Below, piece after piece: positions 39,658-48,651 of a DNA stretch of 64,000 bases. The stretch comes from an uncultured virus (IMG/VR IMGVR_UViG_3300032050_000027) (lineage: Duplodnaviria; Heunggongvirae; Uroviricota; Caudoviricetes), in the IMG/VR virus record IMGVR_UViG_3300032050_000027. One strand, given 5' to 3'. The position numbers were made by a program, and so were the translations under genes. The notes under the pieces are model-generated. The model made no database searches and was not told the DNA's origin. It saw only the letters and a program-made list of their open reading frames with translations. How positions within the stretch are numbered: the first letter of the stretch is position 1; each line of letters opens with the position of its first letter.

Positions 39658-40245
39658 TTAAAGATCCTTTGTGTTATTTATGCGGTTTTGAAAGTCTTCC
39701 ATTTGCATGGCAGCTAGATTTTTAATGCCCCGTAACTCAGCAATTGCCGCTGTGGTTTTGCCCATTACCCGGAAAAATCCAACGTCTGGAAAGTCCTTGC
39801 ACACTCTTTGCAGTTGTTTGACCCAATTTCCTGTGTAAGTTGGGCGGGCAGAGCTTTTTTTATAGAACTCAGTGTCTGCGTACACATTGTTAAATCGGTC
39901 CCCGGCTGTGGGACCCATATCAAATCCAATGAGATACACTGCACGATTTTGATCTATAGCCGCAAGAGCCACTGCAATGGGTCCTGAACTGAATCCAAAA
40001 TAATCATCCGGGACTCTATGTGCTCCTAGTCCCGGTATGGGTTTTCGAGTGTACATCCTGTGTTCACTGGCATATCCACTGTGTTGAATGGATTCGCTAA
40101 TGGGCTTGTCTGTGCTGACCAAAACCGTGGGTGCAAATTCTCGATACAATGCATTACATCCATAGATTGGACCAAGCTCTTTGAGAGTTTGCAAATTCAA
40201 TTCTAACCGACTGACACCATTGCCTAATACAAAACCAAAACTCAT
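39658..40245 (-). CDS. Maf/DUF115/sialyltransferase-like putative glycosyltransferase
   Basis: VLGNGVSR..IYGCNALY..VSTD..SSGPIA..VYLIGFD. Confidence 0.55.
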   Translation of the reverse strand: MSFGFVLGNGVSRLELNLQTLKELGPIYGCNALYREFAPTVLVSTDKPISESIQHSGYASEHRMYTRKPIPGLGAHRVPDDYFGFSSGPIAVALAAIDQNRAVYLIGFDMGPTAGDRFNNVYADTEFYKKSSARPTYTGNWVKQLQRVCKDFPDVGFFRVMGKTTAAIAELRGIKNLAAMQMEDFQNRINNTKDL

Positions 40246-40277
40246 AAAAAATCCTCCTAGTAGTTATCTAGGAGGAT
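40246..40277 (-). terminator. Hairpin plus U-tract that also contains the downstream SD
   Basis: ATCCTCCTAG-ATAACTA-CTAGGAGGAT-TTTTT-ATG; perfect 10-bp stem. Confidence 0.7.
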
Positions 40278-40293
40278 CCAGGGGTTAAATCAA

Positions 40294-41079
40294 TTAAGAA
40301 GTAACGTTGTCAACAATGGCCAAGTCAAGCAGATTTTGTTGTCCGCTTTGTACTGTGCCTGAGTTTGCTGCACCAGTGGTACCTGATTTGATAACTGTAC
40401 CTTCGTCTGTAAAGAAGTTGGTTGCATAACGCTTGTCAGCCACAACGCTGGCAGGGTCATAGTTTGCGCCGCCAGTCCAATCCAACAAGAACTTGTTGGT
40501 CAATTTGGAGATAGTAGTAGCAGTAGAATCAGTAACTGTAAATGTGATAGCCATCAATCCAGCTGCTGGAGTAGTGTCATCGGCCAGTACACAAACACCC
40601 ACTGAGAATGCTGCGCCGTTGCCAGATCCACCAACAGAAGTTGCTGTGAAAATTGTGCCTAATCCAAAGTTACTAGGAGCACCGGCTGCGGTCCAGTTAG
40701 TTGTTGTTCCAACAACACTAATTTGATATGCTTGCCCAACTACAAAACTGCCGTCGTTAACGCCATTGGCATCACCAACTAGGTATTTGTGTGAACCTTT
40801 TTGACGGATAATATATCCATTAGCAACGCCAATACCGCTGCCGTCAGGGGCTGCAATGTTCACAATTACGTCAATTCTAGGATTGGTTGCCGAAGGCGTA
40901 TCAGTGGGGGCTGCACCACCCACCACGCCAAGATATTCAGTAGCACTGAGTGTGTCGCCTGTGTTGGTCACAGGGGCAGTTAATGATCCAAAATTTGGAA
41001 AGCCAATGTCAACGCTAACGGCTGCGCCGCCGTTGCCTGAACCAGTGCTTGTTTTTTGTATTTTAAGAGGACGTCCCAT
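40294..41079 (-). CDS. Virion structural protein (possible head decoration)
   Basis: MGRPLK N-terminus, GYIIRQKGSHKYLV; strong SD AAGGAG; own late promoter; near gp23. Confidence 0.55.
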   Translation of the reverse strand: MGRPLKIQKTSTGSGNGGAAVSVDIGFPNFGSLTAPVTNTGDTLSATEYLGVVGGAAPTDTPSATNPRIDVIVNIAAPDGSGIGVANGYIIRQKGSHKYLVGDANGVNDGSFVVGQAYQISVVGTTTNWTAAGAPSNFGLGTIFTATSVGGSGNGAAFSVGVCVLADDTTPAAGLMAITFTVTDSTATTISKLTNKFLLDWTGGANYDPASVVADKRYATNFFTDEGTVIKSGTTGAANSGTVQSGQQNLLDLAIVDNVTS

Positions 41080-41102
41080 TTTTGTTTCTCCTTACAGAAG
41101 TC

Positions 41103-41152
41103 CGATGCGAGTTCTAGTCGCTACGCGGCGGGTTAAACCGCATAAAACACCG
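41103..41152 (-). ncRNA. Candidate cis-regulatory three-way-junction RNA in a 5' UTR
   Basis: P1 CGGU/AUCG, P2 AUGCGG/CCGCGU, P3 GCGA-CUAGAAC-UCGC; lies between late promoter and SD. Confidence 0.5.
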
Positions 41153-41159
41153 TATTGTG

Positions 41160-41188
41160 TTGACAAGTATTTATGGAAATGTTAGAAT
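41160..41188 (+). promoter_or_regulatory. Sigma70-type promoter for the TPR-glycosyltransferase
   Basis: TTGACA-17 nt-TAGAAT with TG extended -10; spacer contains the divergent late promoter. Confidence 0.65.
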
Positions 41189-41215
41189 GTAGTCATATAG
41201 CCATTAAATAGTACC

Positions 41216-42367
41216 ATGGAAACTGATTTTTTAATTTCACAAGGCAACCAACATCGAGCTGACCGACAATACGGTGAAGCCCTGCAATGTTATGCATTGG
41301 CATTTGCCAAAGACATGGATTCAGCAGCGGCATTCAACAACTACGGCAATGTCATGCGAGAAATTGGACATCCTCAACGAGCCATACCGTTCTTGCAACA
41401 TGCTGTTCTCTTGGATCCAAATAACGTAACTGCTAGATTCAATTTGGCAGTGGCACTGTTGTTGATGGGCGACTACACCAATGGATGGCCAGCTTATGAA
41501 GCCAGATGGCAATACGAACATCTTGCTGGCACTGAACCCAAACACCAACAGCCTCGCTGGCGTGGCGAAGATCTCAAAGACAAAACTATTCTTGTGGTAG
41601 GCGAACAAGGCCACGGAGACAACATTCAGTTTTGCAGATTCTTGTACAACTTGCATGTGGCTGGAGCAAAAATCAAGCTTCAGGTTACCGACGGATTGAT
41701 TCCTTTGTTGCAATCTAGCGACGTCATTCAGCAGTTGGGAACATACACTGACGACATGGGTGAGTTTGATTATTGGATTCCTATCATGAGCATCCCTGGC
41801 ATACTTGGAGTAACGTTGGAAAATTTGCCCAGGCCAGTGAACTATCTCAACGTAGATCAAGGCCGTCAGCAAGAGTGGTTGCAGATACTGGGTCCTAAAA
41901 CCCGCATGCGTGTGGGTTTTTGTTGGAGTGGGCGCAGAGATTCTTGGCTTAATCAACACAAGAGTGTGCCGTTCCCTGTAATGCTGGACATGATCAAATC
42001 TAATCCTCAATACGAATGGATCAATTTGCAAGTTGACGCCGATCCTGAAGAAGAAGAAGCAGCCTTGCTTGAAGCAGGAGTGCAGGCCTATCCTGGCAGC
42101 GTTAAAAGTTTTGTAGACACTGCGGCATTAATTATGGCCATGGACGTTGTTATTGGCGTAGACACTGCTGTGTCACACTTGAGTGGCGCATTAGGTCGGC
42201 CCACATGGATAATGCTACAAAAATTCAGCACAGACTGGCGTTGGTTGTTGAATCAAGATTCTAGTCCTTGGTATTCAACTGCTAGACTTTTTAGACAAGA
42301 AAACTTTGATGACTGGACAGCAGTTACCAAAAAAGTCAGCCAATATCTAGGGTGGATGAAAGTTTAA
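41216..42367 (+). CDS. TPR-repeat glycosyltransferase (GT9-like C-terminal domain)
   Basis: N-terminal TPRs; EQGHGDNIQF; DTAALIMAMDVVIGVDTAVSHLSGALGRP; DWRW..SPWY. Confidence 0.88.
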   Translation: METDFLISQGNQHRADRQYGEALQCYALAFAKDMDSAAAFNNYGNVMREIGHPQRAIPFLQHAVLLDPNNVTARFNLAVALLLMGDYTNGWPAYEARWQYEHLAGTEPKHQQPRWRGEDLKDKTILVVGEQGHGDNIQFCRFLYNLHVAGAKIKLQVTDGLIPLLQSSDVIQQLGTYTDDMGEFDYWIPIMSIPGILGVTLENLPRPVNYLNVDQGRQQEWLQILGPKTRMRVGFCWSGRRDSWLNQHKSVPFPVMLDMIKSNPQYEWINLQVDADPEEEEAALLEAGVQAYPGSVKSFVDTAALIMAMDVVIGVDTAVSHLSGALGRPTWIMLQKFSTDWRWLLNQDSSPWYSTARLFRQENFDDWTAVTKKVSQYLGWMKV

Positions 42368-42630
42368 TTTAGATCTTGCCAGGCGCCAACTACGCCATTA
42401 TATCCACGAAATTTACCTGTGTTAATGTTGTAGTAAATCAAGCCTGCTACACCTGCAGGATCAGCTACCAATCCTAATAACTGCATAGTACTGGAAGTAG
42501 TTTTGCCAACCGCACTGACATTGCCTACATTTATAATGTCGTTATTACTTAAATTAAGATTGTCACCAACTGCTATTTCTTCAATTTGACTGCTCGCTGA
42601 GTTGACAACCAGCGGAATTCGATTAGCCAT
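42364..42630 (-). CDS. Small protein paralogous to the giant fibre N-terminus
   Basis: MANRIPLVVNSASSQIEEIAVGDNLNLSNNDI vs MANKIPLVVNTGSAQIQELASGDNLLLTNNDI. Confidence 0.75.
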   Translation of the reverse strand: MANRIPLVVNSASSQIEEIAVGDNLNLSNNDIINVGNVSAVGKTTSSTMQLLGLVADPAGVAGLIYYNINTGKFRGYNGVVGAWQDLN

Positions 42631-42649
42631 GAATTATTTATCAGAGGAC

Positions 42650-42675
42650 AAAAAAGCACCCCTCGGGTGCTTTTT
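42650..42675 (-). terminator. Rho-independent terminator after gp23 (potentially bidirectional)
   Basis: AAAAAAGCACCC-CTC-GGGTGCTTTTT. Confidence 0.85.
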
Positions 42676-42707
42676 CGTTCCTTCCCATCCCTGGGTTGGT
42701 TCTCTGA

Positions 42708-43904
42708 TTAGGAGAATGACAAGTTAGATACTGCGATCTCACCCACATAGTCACCGGCGTTACCGAATGACGATGCAGTGTTGGTCAACTCAATGTAACC
42801 ATAACGTGTCATGAATGACACCACTGGTTCAAAGGTTGATGGATCCAACACAACACCACTGCTCATCAACGGAATGTATGGGCAGTAGAATGCAGGAGCG
42901 TCAGCTTCTGAAGAGCCTTTGTAGCCAACCAGAACTGGAGTTGTATCGCTGGCATAGCTGTCAACGAACACACGCATAGCGCCGTTTAATGTGCCAACAA
43001 ACTTGGTGTTTGTAGGTGCTTCGAAGGTGCCTTCTGTGGTACGAGCAAAAGCTGAAGTTGTTGCTGATTGCAACACTGTCAGAGCAGCTGAACTCACAAC
43101 AGCGTAGTTACCAGCGCCACGACGAGTACGTTGGGCGATCAAGTTAGCAACACGGTTGATCAAAACTGCCAATGCGGCATGTTCGTCACCAACGAATGTA
43201 GCTGTACCTGAAACGGTAGCTTGGTTGTATGTGAACTCAGTGGATGCCAATGAGCGCAAGCTCAAAAGAATCTCTTGGTCGATTTCAGCGGTAATCTCTT
43301 GAGCCAGAGCAGCCATGATTTCTGCTTCAACGTCAATACCATGCATGGCTTGTGCGTCTTGTGCAGATTCAAAAGTCCAGCGAGCTTGCAGCTTGCGGGT
43401 CTTGGCTTCAACAGCTTGTTTCAAGATTTGAACGCTGATTTGCTTACCGCCGGTACCTTCCATGCTGGCTGTTGAGCCGCCGGTGTAGGTAGTAGCTGTA
43501 GCTGTGCCTGCTGGCACAGTAGAGTAAGCAGTTGCAATTGTGAATGGGCTCAATGCTTCTTGACCAGCTGTAACGCTTGTAGCGGCAGCTGAGTTGTCAG
43601 TCAAGCTGTTGGCGTAACGCACACGCAAGGTGTGAATTTGGCCAACTGGGCCTGTCATGGGCTGAACGCCAACCAACTCGTTAGCAATAACGGTAGGCAT
43701 AACACGACGAATCACTGGCAGAATCACACGGTTAAGTGTGGCGATGTTGCCAGAAACAGTACTTCCAGAAGAAGCATTCTCTTTCAAATAGCGACGAGTA
43801 TTCTCAAGAATAACTTTCATGCTATTGCGTTTGGTGCCTTGGAGGCCTTCTAACAGGGCCTCTTTGGTCTCATCCCAACGACTTTCTAATAGATCTTGTG
43901 ACAT
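42708..43904 (-). CDS. gp23: Major capsid protein
   Basis: RRVMPTVIANELVGVQPMTGPVGQI, VEAKTRKLQARWTFE..QD, EITAEIDQEI, YCPYIPL, FMTRYG. Confidence 0.97.
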   Translation of the reverse strand: MSQDLLESRWDETKEALLEGLQGTKRNSMKVILENTRRYLKENASSGSTVSGNIATLNRVILPVIRRVMPTVIANELVGVQPMTGPVGQIHTLRVRYANSLTDNSAAATSVTAGQEALSPFTIATAYSTVPAGTATATTYTGGSTASMEGTGGKQISVQILKQAVEAKTRKLQARWTFESAQDAQAMHGIDVEAEIMAALAQEITAEIDQEILLSLRSLASTEFTYNQATVSGTATFVGDEHAALAVLINRVANLIAQRTRRGAGNYAVVSSAALTVLQSATTSAFARTTEGTFEAPTNTKFVGTLNGAMRVFVDSYASDTTPVLVGYKGSSEADAPAFYCPYIPLMSSGVVLDPSTFEPVVSFMTRYGYIELTNTASSFGNAGDYVGEIAVSNLSFS

Positions 43905-43923
43905 TTAAGTCTCCTAAAAAATT

Positions 43924-45018
43924 TTAAAGCCCTGCCAGGCGCTTCAAGTCAATCACATTGCTGCGATCTTCCTGGGCGGTCTGCTGGTTCGAAACATTTT
44001 TATCACCAGTAACTGCGGTGACGTTTTCTGTGATCACTTTATGGGCTTTCACGGAACGGTCTTCCAACACTGCTGGTAGATACTTTTCAAAAGCGTTTTT
44101 CAAACGGTTAGTTTGGACGCTTTCGAGCAAATTACGCATGACTTCTTGCTTTTCCTTGTTCAAGGGACGTAGCAATTCATCCAATGAGCTGTCACGCTCA
44201 TTAGATTCTTTAATCATACGCAGTTCGCGCTCTTTATTCTCAACCAGGACTTTTGCTTTCATGGTGAGTTTAATTGCCTCAGACAATTTCTTGTCCTTGT
44301 GCGCAATTGTGTTATGCAACTTACGAACTTCGGCTTTCTCATTCAAGTGAGTAGCACCAAATTCGGTAGCATATGCTTCAAAGATACGACGACCAAAATT
44401 GTTCTCGCGAGCAACTTTGATGTCTTCTTGCAACTGGTTTAATTCAGCCTTAAGATGTTTGCTAACAGCCTGGCTCATTTTGTTGGCACTTTCTTTAACA
44501 AATCGTGCTTTCAAAGTTTCAAGTTTGTTACGTGCTTCACTAACTAAACGCACTTTGGTTTCCACCAAGTCACGTTTGTCAGCAGCAAATTCTTGAATTT
44601 CTTTTGCCAATGCATGCACCACGAAGTTCTCAAGTTTTGCAACTCCTTCTGTGTGCATCTTACGGTCTTTGCGCAGTTCAGAAATTTCTTCAGCAAGTTT
44701 AGTAACCAAGAAGCTGTTAAACTTAGTGGCTGACTCTTTCATCTTGTGTTGAAACTTCACACGGTCTTCAGCCAATGCTTGCTTTTCAGTAGCAATGCTG
44801 GCTAATTCTCCTGCGAGACCTTCTGTTACCATCTTATCTAGGGCTTCTACCATCACTGTTTTGTCATGCTCATAGCGTTGTGCAAACTCCTCGCGAAGTT
44901 CTGCACGCACAATCTCACGAGCTTCTGTCAGTTTAGATTCCCAAGCTTCGTTGAGTTCTTTACTAACATCTTCGTTGATTAATCCGCTGTCAAGCAATGG
45001 TTTAATAGCATCAAACAT
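43924..45018 (-). CDS. gp22: Prohead core scaffold protein (gp22-like)
   Basis: Coiled-coil, E/K-rich; between protease and major capsid genes. Confidence 0.8.
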   Translation of the reverse strand: MFDAIKPLLDSGLINEDVSKELNEAWESKLTEAREIVRAELREEFAQRYEHDKTVMVEALDKMVTEGLAGELASIATEKQALAEDRVKFQHKMKESATKFNSFLVTKLAEEISELRKDRKMHTEGVAKLENFVVHALAKEIQEFAADKRDLVETKVRLVSEARNKLETLKARFVKESANKMSQAVSKHLKAELNQLQEDIKVARENNFGRRIFEAYATEFGATHLNEKAEVRKLHNTIAHKDKKLSEAIKLTMKAKVLVENKERELRMIKESNERDSSLDELLRPLNKEKQEVMRNLLESVQTNRLKNAFEKYLPAVLEDRSVKAHKVITENVTAVTGDKNVSNQQTAQEDRSNVIDLKRLAGL

Positions 45019-45030
45019 GCCTGGTTCTCC

Positions 45031-45669
45031 TTAGATTTTGAGTTCTCGGATAAGGCGTTTAACCTCACCTGCGAGATACTTCTTCACTTTGTCGTCCTGA
45101 CCAGACTCTCTAGCCATCTCTAAGATCTTATGACCGTTTCTCATATTCATGAGACCTTCATAGATTGCTGTAGGATACGCATTAGGAGCACTGGGTTGGG
45201 CAACCACATCTATAGTGACTATTTCAAAGTCACTTACATGTCCGGTTCTGTCATCGACATTACCTGATCCACGACTGCTAACACCCAGCTTCACGCCTGA
45301 TGTCAACAGAGTCTTTATCAATTCACCCATTGGGGTTGGCAGAATTTTCAACTTGCCGCAACCGGCATGTCCGTCCATCCACATGCCTTCAACTGTGTGA
45401 CACACACGATCTAAATTGATTTTTAAATCATCTGGATGGTCCACTTCACCTAAAACGGAGTTACCGTCACGGATCTGCTCGTTGATAGTTTCTACTGCTT
45501 TGATAATTTCGTGTCGGGGGTAGATACGCTCATTTGCATTGCGCTTGTCGCCTTCAATGCAGATGCCTTTGAGATAGAGATGCTTTTTGCCGCCAACATC
45601 AGCTTCTTCCAAAACTTGGATGTTGGCCTGGCTAAAAGTAAGATCTTCTCTTAGGTACTTAGATGACAT
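45031..45669 (-). CDS. gp21: Prohead protease
   Basis: NANERIYP, LGEVDHP, LGVSSRGSG, DVVAQPSAPNAY. Confidence 0.95.
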   Translation of the reverse strand: MSSKYLREDLTFSQANIQVLEEADVGGKKHLYLKGICIEGDKRNANERIYPRHEIIKAVETINEQIRDGNSVLGEVDHPDDLKINLDRVCHTVEGMWMDGHAGCGKLKILPTPMGELIKTLLTSGVKLGVSSRGSGNVDDRTGHVSDFEIVTIDVVAQPSAPNAYPTAIYEGLMNMRNGHKILEMARESGQDDKVKKYLAGEVKRLIRELKI

Positions 45670-45673
45670 CTAA

Positions 45674-46555
45674 TTAACCCTTACGACCGCTTGGTAGTGG
45701 GCTTTTGGTGTTTACACCACTGGCTTGACTCTTTACAGGCGCAGGAGCAGCAGATTTAAATGCTTTCTTTCCAGCGTCTTGAGTGGGAGTTACGCCAAGT
45801 TCTTTTACTGTATTACGATATGCGGCACTGTCATGCACGCCGCCCATGCTGGTGCCAGTGTGTACTGGCTTGCTGGCCATACCAGCTGCACCTGAGTTAA
45901 ATGCTACAGGACCTGCTTTGCCGTTGCCTTGTTCAGCGGTAACTGGCTTTGGGGCTGCTTTCATGCTGATGGCTTCCATCATGCCTGGTTCCATTTCGCC
46001 TGTGTCGTCCATTTCAATGGCATCGCCACCTTCTTCGGGACCAAACCCGTCGCCGTCGCCCATGTCACCCATGTCGTCGCCGCCCATCAAGCCTTCAAAC
46101 TCGGCCATCAACTCATCTAGTTTGTCTTCTAGATTCATAACGTCATCTTTGGTTGCTGGCTCATCGCTGCCGCCCATGTCGTCACCGCCCATGTCGTCAC
46201 CGCCCATGTCGTCGCCGCCAAAATCTCCGCCTTCGTCATCATCGCCCATGTCATCATCGCCTTCGGCTTCCATGCTCATGTCTTGTTCTTCGTCAGCTTC
46301 AATTTCGTCAATTAAATCATCGCTAGCATCGCCGCCCATTGCACCTTCGTCGAGTTCTTCGTCGTCAGTTTCTTCGTCGTCGGAATCGTCAGCTTCGTTT
46401 ACTTCTGCTTCGTCAAGGTCTTCATCAGCCTCTTCTTGCATTAGATTTTCGTAGATTTCACGGCTTTTGGCCACCACGATGTCATGGAAAAGCTCGCGAG
46501 CTTTTTGGTCTTCGTCGTTGATCACGTATTCAATCAACTGTTCAAATTTGTTCAT
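45674..46555 (-). CDS. Very acidic prohead core-like protein
   Basis: D/E-rich; between portal and protease (gp67/gp68 position); ARELFHDIVVAKSREIYE. Confidence 0.6.
   Translation of the reverse strand: MNKFEQLIEYVINDEDQKARELFHDIVVAKSREIYENLMQEEADEDLDEAEVNEADDSDDEETDDEELDEGAMGGDASDDLIDEIEADEEQDMSMEAEGDDDMGDDDEGGDFGGDDMGGDDMGGDDMGGSDEPATKDDVMNLEDKLDELMAEFEGLMGGDDMGDMGDGDGFGPEEGGDAIEMDDTGEMEPGMMEAISMKAAPKPVTAEQGNGKAGPVAFNSGAAGMASKPVHTGTSMGGVHDSAAYRNTVKELGVTPTQDAGKKAFKSAAPAPVKSQASGVNTKSPLPSGRKG
46171..46215. repeat. 15-bp tandem repeat x3 encoding GGDDM
   Basis: CGCCCATGTCGTCAC, CGCCCATGTCGTCAC, CGCCCATGTCGTCGC. Confidence 0.9.
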
Positions 46556-46647
46556 AAGGGAAAACTCCTATAGGTAAAGTGTGCTGTTATTTACATAACA
46601 ACCAAAAACTCTGCTGTTTAAGGAGTCAAAATGGCGATAAATGCCAA

Positions 46648-46866
46648 TTAAGCCATTGGGGCTGGGGGAGGTGAGTATTGTTGGCGCACTAGTTTGAGTT
46701 TTTCTTTGTACTCAAATGCACGGACGTCATTCATTTTTCTCAACTTGTTTAGTTGTCTCAAAGTCAAACGAGTTTTGCGCAGATCACCCAGTTGCGGTTG
46801 ACTGTTGTCTTGCGATAGATCTTGATAGGCCTCAGGATCTTTTTTGAAAAATTCTTGTAGCAGCAT
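46648..46866 (-). CDS. Small basic head-assembly protein
   Basis: 72 aa, RKTRLTLRQLNKLRK; canonical TATAAATA at 46872-46879. Confidence 0.65.
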   Translation of the reverse strand: MLLQEFFKKDPEAYQDLSQDNSQPQLGDLRKTRLTLRQLNKLRKMNDVRAFEYKEKLKLVRQQYSPPPAPMA

Positions 46867-46874
46867 GATTATAT

Positions 46875-48635
46875 TTATACTCCGCCAGGTGCAGCCCCAG
46901 GTGCAGCCGCGCCAGGGCCAACCATTTCGCCTGCGCCAGGCTGTTGCATTTGCCCAATTTCTTCGCCAGTGGTAATATCAGTTTCCATGCCGCCAGGCGT
47001 GATACCCACAGAACGTAAGTCAGCACCGCCTGAATTTTGCATTTCAGGGCTATCACGTTCTTCTCGCCAGAGTTCTTCGTTTTCTTTGATTTCGTCTTCA
47101 CTCAATCCCAAGAAACGCTGTAGCATAAAACGTTTTGACATGTAAGGCAGTTGCTCCATGGCTGTGAATGCTTGAATTCTTGTGTTGTCTAGTTCGCTTT
47201 GACGATAACTTGCAAAGTTTTGAGGCGGTGAAAACTTCAAATTAAACAGGCTAGAGTCTATGTTAAACCCACGCCATTTCAAAAACATCTTGAATTCGTC
47301 GTCTAATTTTTGTGAAATATGCCCTTGCAAACGCTCACAATACTGGTTGAATCTGTACTCTTGTATAAGAGCTGTGCCTACTTTTCCGTCTGAAAAAGCA
47401 CGGTCTGAATCGTCAGGACCAGTGGGCAAATAGCTCGATGGCACACGCAGACCACGGGCCATTTTGTTGTTAAAGTACTTTAAGTCGTCAATTTCGCCTA
47501 GGTTTTGACCGCCTGGCAATGTCTCAACTGAGCTTCCGCGGCCGTCTTGTCCTTGTGGGAAAAAGTAGTCTTCGTTGATTGACAGTGGATTGTAACTGCT
47601 ATCCATCATGTTGGCTCCGCCACCTGATACCGTGGGGATTCTACGTTGATGCATTTCGTTTTTAACACGTTCCACAAACGCCATGGCCAAGTGTGATGGC
47701 ATGTTGCCTACGTCAATTTTAAAGATTCGTCGTTCAGGAGCACGGCTCACACGATAAATCAAGATTGCATCTTCCAGCAGTTCTTTTTGCTTGAATACTT
47801 TGTAAATCTGTTCTAGTACACTGCGTCCAAACGGCCAAAATACGTCTAGGCCTTCGTTCAAGCTCATGTGTATCACATGCTTGGCATCTAAACAAGTTTC
47901 GTTCATGGCAGTCATAAAGCGACTGTTGCCCACGCCGCCACCTGACCCACCATTGGGCATGGTGTAGTTGGCAGCGCCAGATACACTGCCTGTCACAGGA
48001 TTGGTCATGTAGTCTGTGGTGGTCTTTGCTGCCACAGTCATGTTTTGGAAGTTGGGGTTGATGTCACGGATCACATATTGTTCAGGACGTTTGCCTTCAG
48101 ATTCGTTCACAATAACTCTAGCAACTTTGGTCATGTCAACCCAGTACATTTCAAATGTTTCTGGATCACGCACAAACACCTGATCACCATACTTGATGGT
48201 GTTACGGAACAGTTTAAATATGCGCTGATCTAGTTTGTTCAGCTTGACCCACTGTTGCAGTTGTTTTTTAATGATGTCAACTTCGTGGTCTGTGGGTGTT
48301 TCGTTGTATTGAATGTCAAACGGGGTGGCGTTTGACTCGTTGATCTGTGTGGAAAACTCAGCAATAATATCCAAGCAGGCATTGATCTCTGAGTCCATGT
48401 CCATGTTCTCATACTGATTGTAACGCTCTACTCTGTTGGGATGGCCTGAATAAACTTCGGGCAATCTGCTGGCATAGTTTCGAAAAGTAAAATCATTTAT
48501 CATCGAATCAGAGCCGTCGTTTTTGCCGTAGTTGGACAATCCAAATTGATTTTGTCCAGAAATTGGACTCATCACTCCGGATGTGTCTGCAACTTTGAAA
48601 TATTTGCGCCAGCCTTGTTGTTTGGGTTCTGCCAT
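46875..48635 (-). CDS. gp20: Portal protein
   Basis: LEDAILIYRVSRAPERRIFKIDVGNMP, EDYFFP, ETLPGGQNLGEIDDLKYF. Confidence 0.97.
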   Translation of the reverse strand: MAEPKQQGWRKYFKVADTSGVMSPISGQNQFGLSNYGKNDGSDSMINDFTFRNYASRLPEVYSGHPNRVERYNQYENMDMDSEINACLDIIAEFSTQINESNATPFDIQYNETPTDHEVDIIKKQLQQWVKLNKLDQRIFKLFRNTIKYGDQVFVRDPETFEMYWVDMTKVARVIVNESEGKRPEQYVIRDINPNFQNMTVAAKTTTDYMTNPVTGSVSGAANYTMPNGGSGGGVGNSRFMTAMNETCLDAKHVIHMSLNEGLDVFWPFGRSVLEQIYKVFKQKELLEDAILIYRVSRAPERRIFKIDVGNMPSHLAMAFVERVKNEMHQRRIPTVSGGGANMMDSSYNPLSINEDYFFPQGQDGRGSSVETLPGGQNLGEIDDLKYFNNKMARGLRVPSSYLPTGPDDSDRAFSDGKVGTALIQEYRFNQYCERLQGHISQKLDDEFKMFLKWRGFNIDSSLFNLKFSPPQNFASYRQSELDNTRIQAFTAMEQLPYMSKRFMLQRFLGLSEDEIKENEELWREERDSPEMQNSGGADLRSVGITPGGMETDITTGEEIGQMQQPGAGEMVGPGAAAPGAAPGGV

Positions 48636-48651
48636 GGTTGTTTATTTACCG

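Noticed and set aside
41321..42031. 236-aa minus-strand ORF inside the TPR-GT gene
   Set aside because: Fully antisense to a well-supported gene, with no recognisable motifs
45783..46454. 223-aa Ser/Pro-rich plus-strand ORF
   Set aside because: Antisense shadow of the Asp/Glu/Gly-rich core gene
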